NCBI GenBank assembly: GCA_039588335.1 | Contig: JBDGZZ010000005.1 | Coordinates: forward strand, 1-58,824 | DNA from: Gemmatimonadota bacterium | Lineage (GTDB): Bacteria > Gemmatimonadota > Gemmatimonadetes > Gemmatimonadales > GWC2-71-9 | Direction of reading: 5' to 3' | Length of the DNA: 58,824 bases | Shown: positions 9,717 to 18,052 of the stretch, one piece after another | How the letters are laid out: the number at the start of each line of letters is the position of its first letter | Numbering within the stretch: position 1 is the stretch's first letter | Notes under the pieces: generated by a model | Databases searched by the model: none | Seen by the model: only the letters and a program-made list of their open reading frames with translations | Told to the model about the DNA's origin: nothing | Made by a program: the position numbers and the translations under genes

Positions 9717-9821
9717 GACGAAGTAAGACGAGGGAGGACGAGGACAGACGAGAACGGACAAGGGCACTTCCCTCGTCTTGCTTCGTCTGTACTCGTCTTA
9801 CCTCGTCCTGCCTGGTCTGTC
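9717..9821. repeat. Inverted pair of 10-bp periodic arrays (long imperfect hairpin)
   Basis: GACGAG-like cores at 9717, 9727, 9737, 9747 and 9757. Complementary CTCGTC-like cores at 9772, 9782, 9792, 9802 and 9812. Confidence 0.85.
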
Positions 9822-11063
9822 CTAACTTCTCGGATCTACGATCTTTCCCATGAACAGAATCGTCCCCGACAACTTCTCGCGTAGCACAAACACGAAGGGA
9901 CGATCGACCACGAACGCCATCGGAGCACTGTCTACCATGACGACCGACGTCACCGCTGCCGCCTCGGTGCCTTCTTCATCGACCTTCACGAATGCCTTGT
10001 GTTTCACCTGATCGATCCAGATACCACCGGGGGCGTACATATTGGTAAAATCCGCTGCCCCGGAGAACGCCACGCCCATTCCCAAGGCCGCGAGCGCATC
10101 CTTCATCTCCAGCTCGTACTCGAGGGTGAACTTGGGCAGCTGCACGTACAGCTCGCCTGGGCCCAGCTGATCGAGCCAGGCCGACCAGTTCTCCTGCGTC
10201 AATGATTCGAGTAGCGCAGTGATACCACTGGGTTCGAACGGAAGGAGAACGGTCATCACATAGGCATCTCCACCGTAGGAAAGCTCTACCGTCATCAAGT
10301 CTTGGTTCCAGAGATACCGCACCGGTATTTGTCCCTCGTGTTCCATCATATCCACCGTTACTTCTGAACCATCGATCAGACGAAACGGTGCACCGCTGGT
10401 CCTGCTCTTGTCGAACTGGTGCGTCCAATCTGCTTTGAAGTAGATCGCGTTGATGAGGTACATGACGACTGCCGCAGGAATTGTCTCCGGCACGATCTTG
10501 GAGATCCGGCCGTTCGTCTTGTCATTCACCCAGCCATTGATGGTCTGCGACGCCGACGGAGCACCGAAATCGATTGCTGTGACCTCCGCATCGAAGTAGT
10601 TCTGGTTGAGATCGAGAAAGGCCTGCTCGAAAGTCAACGTGTGACGATACCAGATGGAGTTGGCTAGGGCGAACTCGACTTGTGGATCGAGATTCTGTAG
10701 CAGATCGATCAGACTGCGGTAGGATTCATTCACCCCCTGCAAATTCATGCCCTGTAGCTCGAGCACCTCTTGCATGGCCTCCTGGGTGGAACCGGCCGCG
10801 CCGTTGTAGGTCATCCCCAGTGCCATCGCTACACTCACCGGTGAGATGAAGATGTTCTTGTCTCCCTCCTGTACGTTGATCTCTCTGAACAGTTTGAACG
10901 CAAAGCTATTGTCGGCCTCTATCAGCTGGCCTTCTGCGACGCTCAAATCGCGGGGCAGCTCAGTGATGGGTTTCGGAGTTGGGTCGGGTCCGGTGCCATC
11001 AGTACAGGCAGTCACCAGGCCGGCGGTGGCTATGGCCAGAAGGGAAAGGACAACTCGCCGCAT
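9822..11063 (-). CDS. Serpin (serine protease inhibitor), lipoprotein
   Basis: GGAGGT RBS and lipobox LVTAC. Serpin signatures NIFISPVS, INAIYFKADW, LPKF, hinge EEGTEAAA, DRPF and ILFMGKI. Confidence 0.95.
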   Translation of the reverse strand: MRRVVLSLLAIATAGLVTACTDGTGPDPTPKPITELPRDLSVAEGQLIEADNSFAFKLFREINVQEGDKNIFISPVSVAMALGMTYNGAAGSTQEAMQEVLELQGMNLQGVNESYRSLIDLLQNLDPQVEFALANSIWYRHTLTFEQAFLDLNQNYFDAEVTAIDFGAPSASQTINGWVNDKTNGRISKIVPETIPAAVVMYLINAIYFKADWTHQFDKSRTSGAPFRLIDGSEVTVDMMEHEGQIPVRYLWNQDLMTVELSYGGDAYVMTVLLPFEPSGITALLESLTQENWSAWLDQLGPGELYVQLPKFTLEYELEMKDALAALGMGVAFSGAADFTNMYAPGGIWIDQVKHKAFVKVDEEGTEAAAVTSVVMVDSAPMAFVVDRPFVFVLREKLSGTILFMGKIVDPRS

Positions 11064-11190
11064 GGCTACCTCCCAAGGTGTTGAACAGTGTAAGTACTCG
11101 TTCTTCACCCTGAATACCCTGGGAGGTTGGCGATGGTCACTTCTTCCCAACCGGGGTGGGATTGGAATTCCCGGCGGATGGTGAGCCTGA

Positions 11191-14100
11191 TCAACCGCTC
11201 AGGGTAGCGAGCTGTCGTCTGATTTCCTCGAGGATCGGAAGGAACACATCGTCCGCATCATTCCACAATTCCAGAGCGCGTTGGTAGTGTGTTCGGGCGG
11301 CTTGGTTATCTCCCATTTGGCGGTAGATGTGTCCTCGACGCCAGTGTGAGGGGGCGAGGAAGATCAGATCGGAGGCGCCGCTGCCCTTGAACGAGCCATA
11401 CCACCGGAGCGCTTCTTCGAATCGGCCGCTTTCCTCTAACAGGCGGGCGTGCAGGTACCGCTCGTAGGCGAGCGTGTGGAACAACGAACCGGTGGCGAGC
11501 TGGTAGAACACTCTGCCCTCATAGTGTTCGATCTCACCCAATGCTTCCGCGACGTTGCCAGACCTCCAGGCCACCGTTGCGCGAACGCCGCTCGCCCAAT
11601 CGTGGACCAGCGATCCCTGACCGTCGGGCGTCCCCATCCGCTCCAGCGCAGCAGCAGCGGCTAACGCCTGCTCCGTGTCTCCGACACGTGCGCTGGCAAG
11701 TCCGATCAGATACTGCGCCAGATGCGAGTGCAAGCCCTCGAGCGCCGTGAACCACACGCCCGGCGCCGGCGCAGGCGAAATGGATGTCCAATCTGCGTTG
11801 CGCAGTTGTTCCACATACCTGACCAATGCCGAGGAGTCCTCCACAACCGCAACCGAGGTGGCCTCCAGCATAGTTCGCTGCTCCAGAGCCGCTAGCGGCT
11901 TGATCTCCGCCATGGCGTCCAACGCATCACTGGCAGCGTTCCAACGACCCTGTGCCATCGCGATCGACGCAAGTGCCCCGTACCCAAGAGCTCGTGTGTC
12001 AGATGATCGGCTGTCCTCGACCAGGATGCCGGCCAGTTGCCCGGCAACGCTGGGATCGTCGAGGAAGGAACCCGCGCTCCACAACACCTCGAAGATCATC
12101 CCGTCACCTTGCGACCGAAGGTCGGCGAGTACTCGTTCCCGCGCCGCGACATCGCCCCGCACATGTGCCTGCAGCAGTCGCAGCTCCAGCAACCGATCAC
12201 CTTCCGGTGTGAGTTCGGCAGCCCTTTGAGCCACGGCATCTAGTGCCTGGGCGTCTTGCGCTGCGGCTTCTATCCGAGCGAGGTGCACCAGAGCATCTGC
12301 CCGATCTGGCTCGAGTGCCAAGAGGCGGATCCAGGGCTCGCGCGCCGCGTCGAGCGGCATGCCGTTCCTACTCCCCCAGTGCGATATCAACTCACCGAGC
12401 TGCGACCACGCTTCGACGTCTGCGGGGTACGTCCCGACAATCGCACGGTACAGACGTTCCGCCTCGGTCGCGTCCGCGTCCACTACCACTGCCCCGCGCG
12501 CTTCCAGCAGCCGCCGGTCCCGTTGGGAGAGGCGATCGGCGTACCGTAAGGCCCGTATCGTGGACTCCCGACCCAACTCGGCGTCGAGCAGCCAGTCAGC
12601 CGCAATGCCGAGTTGGTACCATGCCAGCGCGAATGTGGAATCGGCGGCGATCGCTGACTGAAACGCCTCGGCCGCCTCCTGATATTGTGCGGCTCGCAAG
12701 TGCGTGACCCCACGCAGGTAGGCCTTCAGGGCTGGCAATGAACTCGACGTAACCAGGGCGATCTGCGACAACCGGGCTCCGGCTGCGTCCGGGTCCGCGG
12801 CAAGCAACTCCGCCGCCATGCCGTCCAACAGATCCAGCAGGTCGTCAACCGGCCCTTCTACTGAGGCCTGGGTCACGGCGTCCGGCCCCGCTCTGACATC
12901 GTACAGTGAAGCGTCGAGGCGCAGCTGCGCACCCAGTTGCACAACACTGCCGAGAAGGTACAGGTCGGCGTCCAACCTCTCGGCAATCCCGTGGCCAACG
13001 ACGGGATCGATCGCGGATACAGATCCCTCCCTCTCCGTGACGCCGAGAACCAGGCGTGGATCGACGCTGCGCCAATTCCCGGCACCATCGAGCTTGGTTG
13101 AGAGGAGATCGACCAGGCCGTCGCCCAGGTACGCAAACTCTTCGCTCCCTCGTACGGTGAACGGAAGAACCGCTACGCGAGTGACCGTCGCCACGGCCGG
13201 GGAACGCCCGGTAGGCAACACACCGGCCACCGCTAGCACGACCACAAGCACAATGGCTGCGGCCGCTGCCACCAGCATCCGCCGCTTGTTCAACAGCCGA
13301 TGGCCGGGCATGACCGTCGTCGCTTTCAGGACTGACGATGCGCGGAGTAGGCCGTCGCGGAATTGTCCCGCATCGGACCAGCGGTCTTCGGGCAGCCACG
13401 CCAATGCCTTCTTCAAGGCTGGCATCACGCCCGGCGGCACGCCGCTCCAGTCACAGTCCTGCAGGCGCTGCGCCATAGTCCAGCGCCGACCTGTGAGACA
13501 CTCGTACAGGACCACGCCTGCGGCGTACACGTCGGTGGCCGGAGTGATCTCGGCACCCACCGCCTGTTCCGGCGCCATATACCCGGGGGTGCCGATCATG
13601 GCCCCGGTCATGGTCAGCTTCTCGGGCCCCGCCGCACTCACTGCGCGGGCGATTCCGAAATCCGCTACCAGGGCGTGTCCCCCGGATGCCGACAGCAAGA
13701 TGTTCGCTGGCTTGATATCGCGATGGACGATTCCGCGACGGTGGGCGTACTCCAGCGCACTCAAGACGTCCTTGGCGATCTGGATCGCCTCCTTGGGCCG
13801 CAGCGCACCTCGCTCCAGCCGGTCCGACAGCGTCTCGCCCTCCACGTACGGCATAACGTAGTAGATCACCGTCCCCGCACCTCCCGAGTCGTACAGAGGC
13901 AGGATGTGCGGGTGCTGCAAACCGGCGGCGATCTCGATTTCCCGCAAAAACCGCTCGCCTCCCAGCGTGGCTGCCAGCTCGGGCGGGAGCAATTTTATGG
14001 CGACATCCCGGTTGTGCTTGCGGTCACGTGCCAGGTAGACGGTCGCCATTCCACCGCTTCCCACTTCGCGGAGCACCTCGTACCGATCGCCCACGGCCTC

Positions 14101-14325
14101 CCGCAGCAGGATCAAACGTACGTCTTCAGTGCGGTCTGTCGCGGTCAGCATCCCGTCCGCCTGGTGCGCCTCGAGCAACGAGGCAACCTCCGCGCGCAGG
14201 CTATGGTCGTCCCCGCACGCCTCCTCCAGGAAGCGCTCACGCTTGTCGGGGTCGTGCTCCAAGGCGGCATGAAAGACCGTCTGGACTCGTTGCCAGCGGT
14301 CAGGGTCGAGCGTGGGATCCGTCAC
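11191..14325 (-). CDS. Hanks-type Ser/Thr kinase with N-terminal helical extension, TM, TolB-N-like domain and TPR region
   Basis: GSGGMATV, HRDIKPAN, DFG and GTPGYMAPE motifs. One TM, then VAVLPF and TPR-like repeats. GTG start. Confidence 0.93.
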   Translation of the reverse strand: MTDPTLDPDRWQRVQTVFHAALEHDPDKRERFLEEACGDDHSLRAEVASLLEAHQADGMLTATDRTEDVRLILLREAVGDRYEVLREVGSGGMATVYLARDRKHNRDVAIKLLPPELAATLGGERFLREIEIAAGLQHPHILPLYDSGGAGTVIYYVMPYVEGETLSDRLERGALRPKEAIQIAKDVLSALEYAHRRGIVHRDIKPANILLSASGGHALVADFGIARAVSAAGPEKLTMTGAMIGTPGYMAPEQAVGAEITPATDVYAAGVVLYECLTGRRWTMAQRLQDCDWSGVPPGVMPALKKALAWLPEDRWSDAGQFRDGLLRASSVLKATTVMPGHRLLNKRRMLVAAAAAIVLVVVLAVAGVLPTGRSPAVATVTRVAVLPFTVRGSEEFAYLGDGLVDLLSTKLDGAGNWRSVDPRLVLGVTEREGSVSAIDPVVGHGIAERLDADLYLLGSVVQLGAQLRLDASLYDVRAGPDAVTQASVEGPVDDLLDLLDGMAAELLAADPDAAGARLSQIALVTSSSLPALKAYLRGVTHLRAAQYQEAAEAFQSAIAADSTFALAWYQLGIAADWLLDAELGRESTIRALRYADRLSQRDRRLLEARGAVVVDADATEAERLYRAIVGTYPADVEAWSQLGELISHWGSRNGMPLDAAREPWIRLLALEPDRADALVHLARIEAAAQDAQALDAVAQRAAELTPEGDRLLELRLLQAHVRGDVAARERVLADLRSQGDGMIFEVLWSAGSFLDDPSVAGQLAGILVEDSRSSDTRALGYGALASIAMAQGRWNAASDALDAMAEIKPLAALEQRTMLEATSVAVVEDSSALVRYVEQLRNADWTSISPAPAPGVWFTALEGLHSHLAQYLIGLASARVGDTEQALAAAAALERMGTPDGQGSLVHDWASGVRATVAWRSGNVAEALGEIEHYEGRVFYQLATGSLFHTLAYERYLHARLLEESGRFEEALRWYGSFKGSGASDLIFLAPSHWRRGHIYRQMGDNQAARTHYQRALELWNDADDVFLPILEEIRRQLATLSG

Positions 14326-14391
14326 GTGATGGGGGCCATTAACCGGTCTGATTCCGTGTTAGCGAAGGCTGTAAGATGGTCACTTAGCAAT

Positions 14392-14431
14392 GAGAGAGAA
14401 AGGTGAAGGTGGGGAGCGGGGAGCGGGGAGC
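14392..14431. repeat. 7-bp periodic array (GGGGAGC x3 preceded by purine-rich degenerate units)
   Basis: ggggagc repeated three times exactly at 14411-14431, immediately 3' of the acetyltransferase stop. Confidence 0.75.
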
Positions 14432-14435
14432 GCTC

Positions 14436-14990
14436 TCAGTCCACCCTCTTTGCCAAGAAGATATCCGGCTTGCCGCGCCCATTGGCATCAGGCATCACTC
14501 CCACGATGCGAAAGCCAAGCCGGGTATAGAACTCGTAGGGGTGGCCCTTGAAGTTCTTCACGTTGCGAATAGCGCCGGGTATGTCATCGTACAGATCTAC
14601 CCCCCCGAGACTCGTGGCGTTGATCTCGTCATCGGAGCCGACCCAGAGCGTTAGCGCGCCTCGGTCCGAAACAATTGCTTCGATGTCCTCGACCAGCGTT
14701 CGCCCTAACCCTTGCTTGCGCCGGGACTCGGCGACTACTAAAGGATGCAGCTCCCACACGTGCCCGTCATAATGCGGCTGCGCCCCGACCCAGCCGATCA
14801 CCCGCCCATCGCTATCCAACATCACTCGGCTGATCTTGCCCTCGGCCAGCGAATCCAACACTTCCTCCCTCGCCGCTTGCATGTCGGGCCAGGCCGGAGT
14901 CAGATCTGCAAACGATTGGTACAGCAGCTTCGCGGCCTGCTCCATCAGATCTTTCCGGTCAACCGACAACTCAATGATATCTGGGATCAT
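14436..14990 (-). CDS. GNAT acetyltransferase, AAC(6')-Ia/Ii-like aminoglycoside 6'-N-acetyltransferase family
   Basis: Family-typical blocks WELHPLVV, RKQGLG, GSDDE..TSL, HPYEFY..LGF.IVGVMPDANG.GKPDI. Confidence 0.85.
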   Translation of the reverse strand: MIPDIIELSVDRKDLMEQAAKLLYQSFADLTPAWPDMQAAREEVLDSLAEGKISRVMLDSDGRVIGWVGAQPHYDGHVWELHPLVVAESRRKQGLGRTLVEDIEAIVSDRGALTLWVGSDDEINATSLGGVDLYDDIPGAIRNVKNFKGHPYEFYTRLGFRIVGVMPDANGRGKPDIFLAKRVD

Positions 14991-15013
14991 GACAAACTCA
15001 CATCTGCTGAACC

Positions 15014-15067
15014 GTTCGGGCGACGCATGCGTCGCCCCTCCCTCCCTGCCTCTCTACCTCTCTGCCT
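15014..15067. repeat. REP-like palindrome followed by an 8-bp pyrimidine-rich array
   Basis: Perfect palindrome GGGCGACGCATGCGTCGCCC at 15018-15037, then ctccctccctgcctctctacctctctgcc. Related copies at 27021, 30245 and 39276-39353. Confidence 0.85.
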
Positions 15068-15130
15068 GGCTTGATCGCTACTAACACCCCATCTTATCCG
15101 TTGCTCCAGGACGCGAAAGGCCTTCCCGAA

Positions 15131-16744
15131 GTGACTGACAGAATCGAACACGAAACAATCTCCAAGGTCGGTGCCGACGTTGCAACGGGAGGCACTCCAT
15201 CGAGCAAGGACCTGCCACCGTCGTTGCTGCGCCTGGCAGTACGCCGCGTACAGATCATATGCGGCGTGATTCTCATCCTGATGTTCATCGGCTGGTTCCT
15301 AACCAATCTGCTGGAGGGGCAATTAACCCACGAGTTCAAGCGTGTGGGGGAGTGGGGGCCGGCAGTCTTCATCATTGCCTCTTCATTCGCCATGTTCGGC
15401 CTGGCTCGAGCGAACCGAATTCCCCCATCCAAGGTGCTGGGGATCGCGCTCGTGTACGAAGTGGCCATCAGCTGGGGCATCGCGTTCTCCGAATACTATG
15501 ACACGTTCCAAAACATGCCGGCGAACCTAATGGAGTCTGACCTCGTCGGACTCACCACCGTGGCTCTTTGGATAGTGTTCTTCACAGTGATGGTACCTGC
15601 CCCTCCGGGGCGTGCGCTGGTTGCGCTTCTGCTGTCGGCGATCTCGGTTCCAGTGGTCTACGTGCTCGAAGTCAGAGCCGGTCGCGCACCTTACCTTGAC
15701 GCAGGCGCAGTGTGGATGATTTTCGCCGGCCCCCACTTTGTGGCCGTCGGCCTAGCATACATCAGCGCCCGGGCCATCTACCGGCTGGGACGGGACGTGA
15801 AACGGGCCCAGGAGATGGGCAGCTACAGGCTGGTTGAACAATTGGGTTCGGGTGGTATGGGAGAGGTGTGGCGCGCACGCCACCGCATGCTCGTTCGGCC
15901 GGCAGCCGTCAAGCTCATACACGCAGATGCGCTCGGAATGGATCCAACCGATGCCAAGGTCATGATCTCCCGGTTCGAACGGGAGGCGCAGGTCACGGCG
16001 TCGCTGCAGTCACCGCACACCGTGGAACTGTACGACTTCGGCACGACCGAGGACGGCACGTTCTACTATGTGATGGAGCTGCTCGAGGGCGTCGACTTGG
16101 AGAAACTGATACGCAAGTTCGGCCCGTTACCACCGGAACGGGTAGTACACGTGGTGCGGCAGGTGTGTGCGTCGTTGGGCGAGGCGCACAGACACGGCTT
16201 GGTACATCGTGATGTCAAGCCAGCGAACGTGTATCTATGCCGACGTGCGTTCGAGTACGATTTTGTGAAGGTACTCGACTTCGGACTGGTCAAGCGGCAT
16301 ACGTCACTCCCAACAGATGAGGACCTGCACCTCTCTCAGACCGGGACGATACTCGGCACGCCTTCATATATGGCACCCGAGGTCGCGCGCGGCGAAGGAC
16401 CCGTAGACGGGCGGGCCGACCTGTACGCCGTCGGGTGCCTGGCACACTGGCTGCTAACCGGGCGGCTCGTGTTCGAGCAAGGCACTTACCCGGCAATGCT
16501 GTTGGCTCATGCGAGCGAACAGGCGTCCCCACCATCACGGAAGACGGAACAATCGATTCCGGCGGCGCTCGATGCCACCGTGCTGTCGTGCCTGGAGAAA
16601 GAACCGCAGGAGCGTGTGCAGACCGCAGAGGATCTGGTGGCACAACTGAACCAGGTGGAGCTCGAAACGCCTTGGACAAACGAGCGGGCGGAAGAGTGGT
16701 GGAATGACCATGAGGGCGACGGTTCGAGTGCGGGCACGGGCTAA
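15131..16744 (+). CDS. Ser/Thr kinase with N-terminal multi-pass membrane domain (about 6 TM) and C-terminal kinase
   Basis: Hydrophobic N-terminal half, then GSGGMGEV, AAVK, HRDVKPAN, DFG and GTPSYMAPE. Start uncertain (GTG 15131 or TTG 15071). Confidence 0.92.
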   Translation: MTDRIEHETISKVGADVATGGTPSSKDLPPSLLRLAVRRVQIICGVILILMFIGWFLTNLLEGQLTHEFKRVGEWGPAVFIIASSFAMFGLARANRIPPSKVLGIALVYEVAISWGIAFSEYYDTFQNMPANLMESDLVGLTTVALWIVFFTVMVPAPPGRALVALLLSAISVPVVYVLEVRAGRAPYLDAGAVWMIFAGPHFVAVGLAYISARAIYRLGRDVKRAQEMGSYRLVEQLGSGGMGEVWRARHRMLVRPAAVKLIHADALGMDPTDAKVMISRFEREAQVTASLQSPHTVELYDFGTTEDGTFYYVMELLEGVDLEKLIRKFGPLPPERVVHVVRQVCASLGEAHRHGLVHRDVKPANVYLCRRAFEYDFVKVLDFGLVKRHTSLPTDEDLHLSQTGTILGTPSYMAPEVARGEGPVDGRADLYAVGCLAHWLLTGRLVFEQGTYPAMLLAHASEQASPPSRKTEQSIPAALDATVLSCLEKEPQERVQTAEDLVAQLNQVELETPWTNERAEEWWNDHEGDGSSAGTG

Positions 16745-16868
16745 AGATTCCTGCTCTGAAGAGAGTGCTTACCCGCCACTTGTCGACACCGGTACAGCCG
16801 CTGTAAGCTTGATGCCGCAGTTGACACTAACGATCGATTGAAGATTTCCACAAACACCGGAGAAACAG

Positions 16869-17465
16869 ATGTCATCTCTCATCGAGATGCTGATGCAGCA
16901 GCTTGGCAGCCAGCAGAGCCTGGGACAGCTAGGCAGGCAGCTCGGCACGGATCAAAGAGCGACTGAGAACGCAGTCGGGGCTGCGCTCCCGGTCCTATTG
17001 GGTGCGCTGGCACGCAACTCCGCCGAGGCTTCCAAAGCGGAGTCGCTGGATCGGGCACTGAGCAAGCACGACGGAAGTGTACTCGATAACCTGGGCGGGT
17101 TCTTGGACGCACCCGATGTCGACGACGGGAACGGAATCCTACGCCACGTCCTCGGGGACAGGCGCCAGTCGGTCGAAACCGGCGTCAGTAGAGCCAGCGG
17201 CCTGGACATGTCGATGGTTGCGAAGCTGTTACCGATGCTAGCCCCGGTCGTCATGGGTGCGTTAGGTAGGCAGAAGCGCGACAACGGCCTGAACTCGGCC
17301 GGTTTGTCAGAGTTGCTCGGGTCGGAACGGCGACAGATGGAACAGTCGAGCCCCGCCGCCGGGATGCTCGGTAAACTGCTGGATCAGGACGGCGATGGTA
17401 GCATAGCAGACGATGTTGCGAAACTGGGGACCGGACTGCTCAGTGGTCTCTTCGGCAAGCGCTAG
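16869..17465 (+). CDS. DUF937-family protein
   Basis: GGAGA RBS. Motifs HDGSVLD, DGNGILRHVLG and KLLPMLAPVVMGALG, with a C-terminal LDQDGDGSIADD. Confidence 0.85.
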   Translation: MSSLIEMLMQQLGSQQSLGQLGRQLGTDQRATENAVGAALPVLLGALARNSAEASKAESLDRALSKHDGSVLDNLGGFLDAPDVDDGNGILRHVLGDRRQSVETGVSRASGLDMSMVAKLLPMLAPVVMGALGRQKRDNGLNSAGLSELLGSERRQMEQSSPAAGMLGKLLDQDGDGSIADDVAKLGTGLLSGLFGKR

Positions 17466-17504
17466 ATACGGCCACCACAACACAACCGTAAACGAAACAG
17501 GGAG

Positions 17505-17963
17505 ATGACAGTGGGCTTGTTTGACTTCATCAAGACTGCCGGTCGCAAGGACGAAGAAGATGAGCTTCAGGAGCAGGTTAACGAGGCCATCAAGGGCAAC
17601 AAACTGAAGCGCTACGTCGACGGACTGGGCTTCGGCGTCGAGAACCTCAAGGTCAAATACGACGACGGGGTTGCGACGGTATGGGGCAAAGCGGCAACGC
17701 AGGAAGACCGTGAGAAGGTGGTGCTGGCTCGCGGCAACACTCAGGGAGTAGGACAGGTCGACGACCAGATGGAGATCGTAGAAGCTGCCGCTGCGGCGCA
17801 GTTCTATACGGTCGCAAAGGGTGACTCGCTGTCGAAGATCGCCAAGGAGTCCTACGGTGACTACAAGCAGTACCCGACTATCTTCGAGGCGAACCGGCCG
17901 ATGCTCGATCATCCGGATAAGATCTACCCCGGCCAGGTCCTGCGCATTCCAACATTAGACTGA
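17505..17963 (+). CDS. kbp: BON-LysM protein, Kbp/YgaU-like potassium-binding protein
   Basis: N-terminal GLFDFIKTAG, BON domain (REKVVL..GNTQGV..VDDQM) and LysM (YTVAKGDSLSKIAK..YG..IFEANRPML.HPDKIYPGQVLRIP). Confidence 0.88.
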   Translation: MTVGLFDFIKTAGRKDEEDELQEQVNEAIKGNKLKRYVDGLGFGVENLKVKYDDGVATVWGKAATQEDREKVVLARGNTQGVGQVDDQMEIVEAAAAAQFYTVAKGDSLSKIAKESYGDYKQYPTIFEANRPMLDHPDKIYPGQVLRIPTLD

Positions 17964-18052
17964 ACCGACAATGGCACCGGCTGCAGCCACCGCGTGTGGC
18001 CGGCACTTCTCGTATCAGAGAGCCAAGCCACAAACCCAGCAACGGAGTTCGC

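Noticed and set aside
9651-9767. N-terminal extensions given by the ORF track (also for serpin, fadN, TetR, S9, HtpX and the 46662 kinase)
   Set aside because: They run through repeats, promoters or operators. Downstream starts have better RBS and family-typical N-termini.
12818-14406. Two 347-aa plus-strand ORFs
   Set aside because: Antisense shadows of the kinase in GC-rich DNA with no motifs. The same applies to 7728-8642, 26861-27778, 34956-35777, 50946-51854 and 57589-58290.
14330-15070. Integron cassette around the AAC(6')-like gene
   Set aside because: No convincing attC (RYYYAAC...GTTRRRY) site, no integrase, and neighbouring genes are in mixed orientations.
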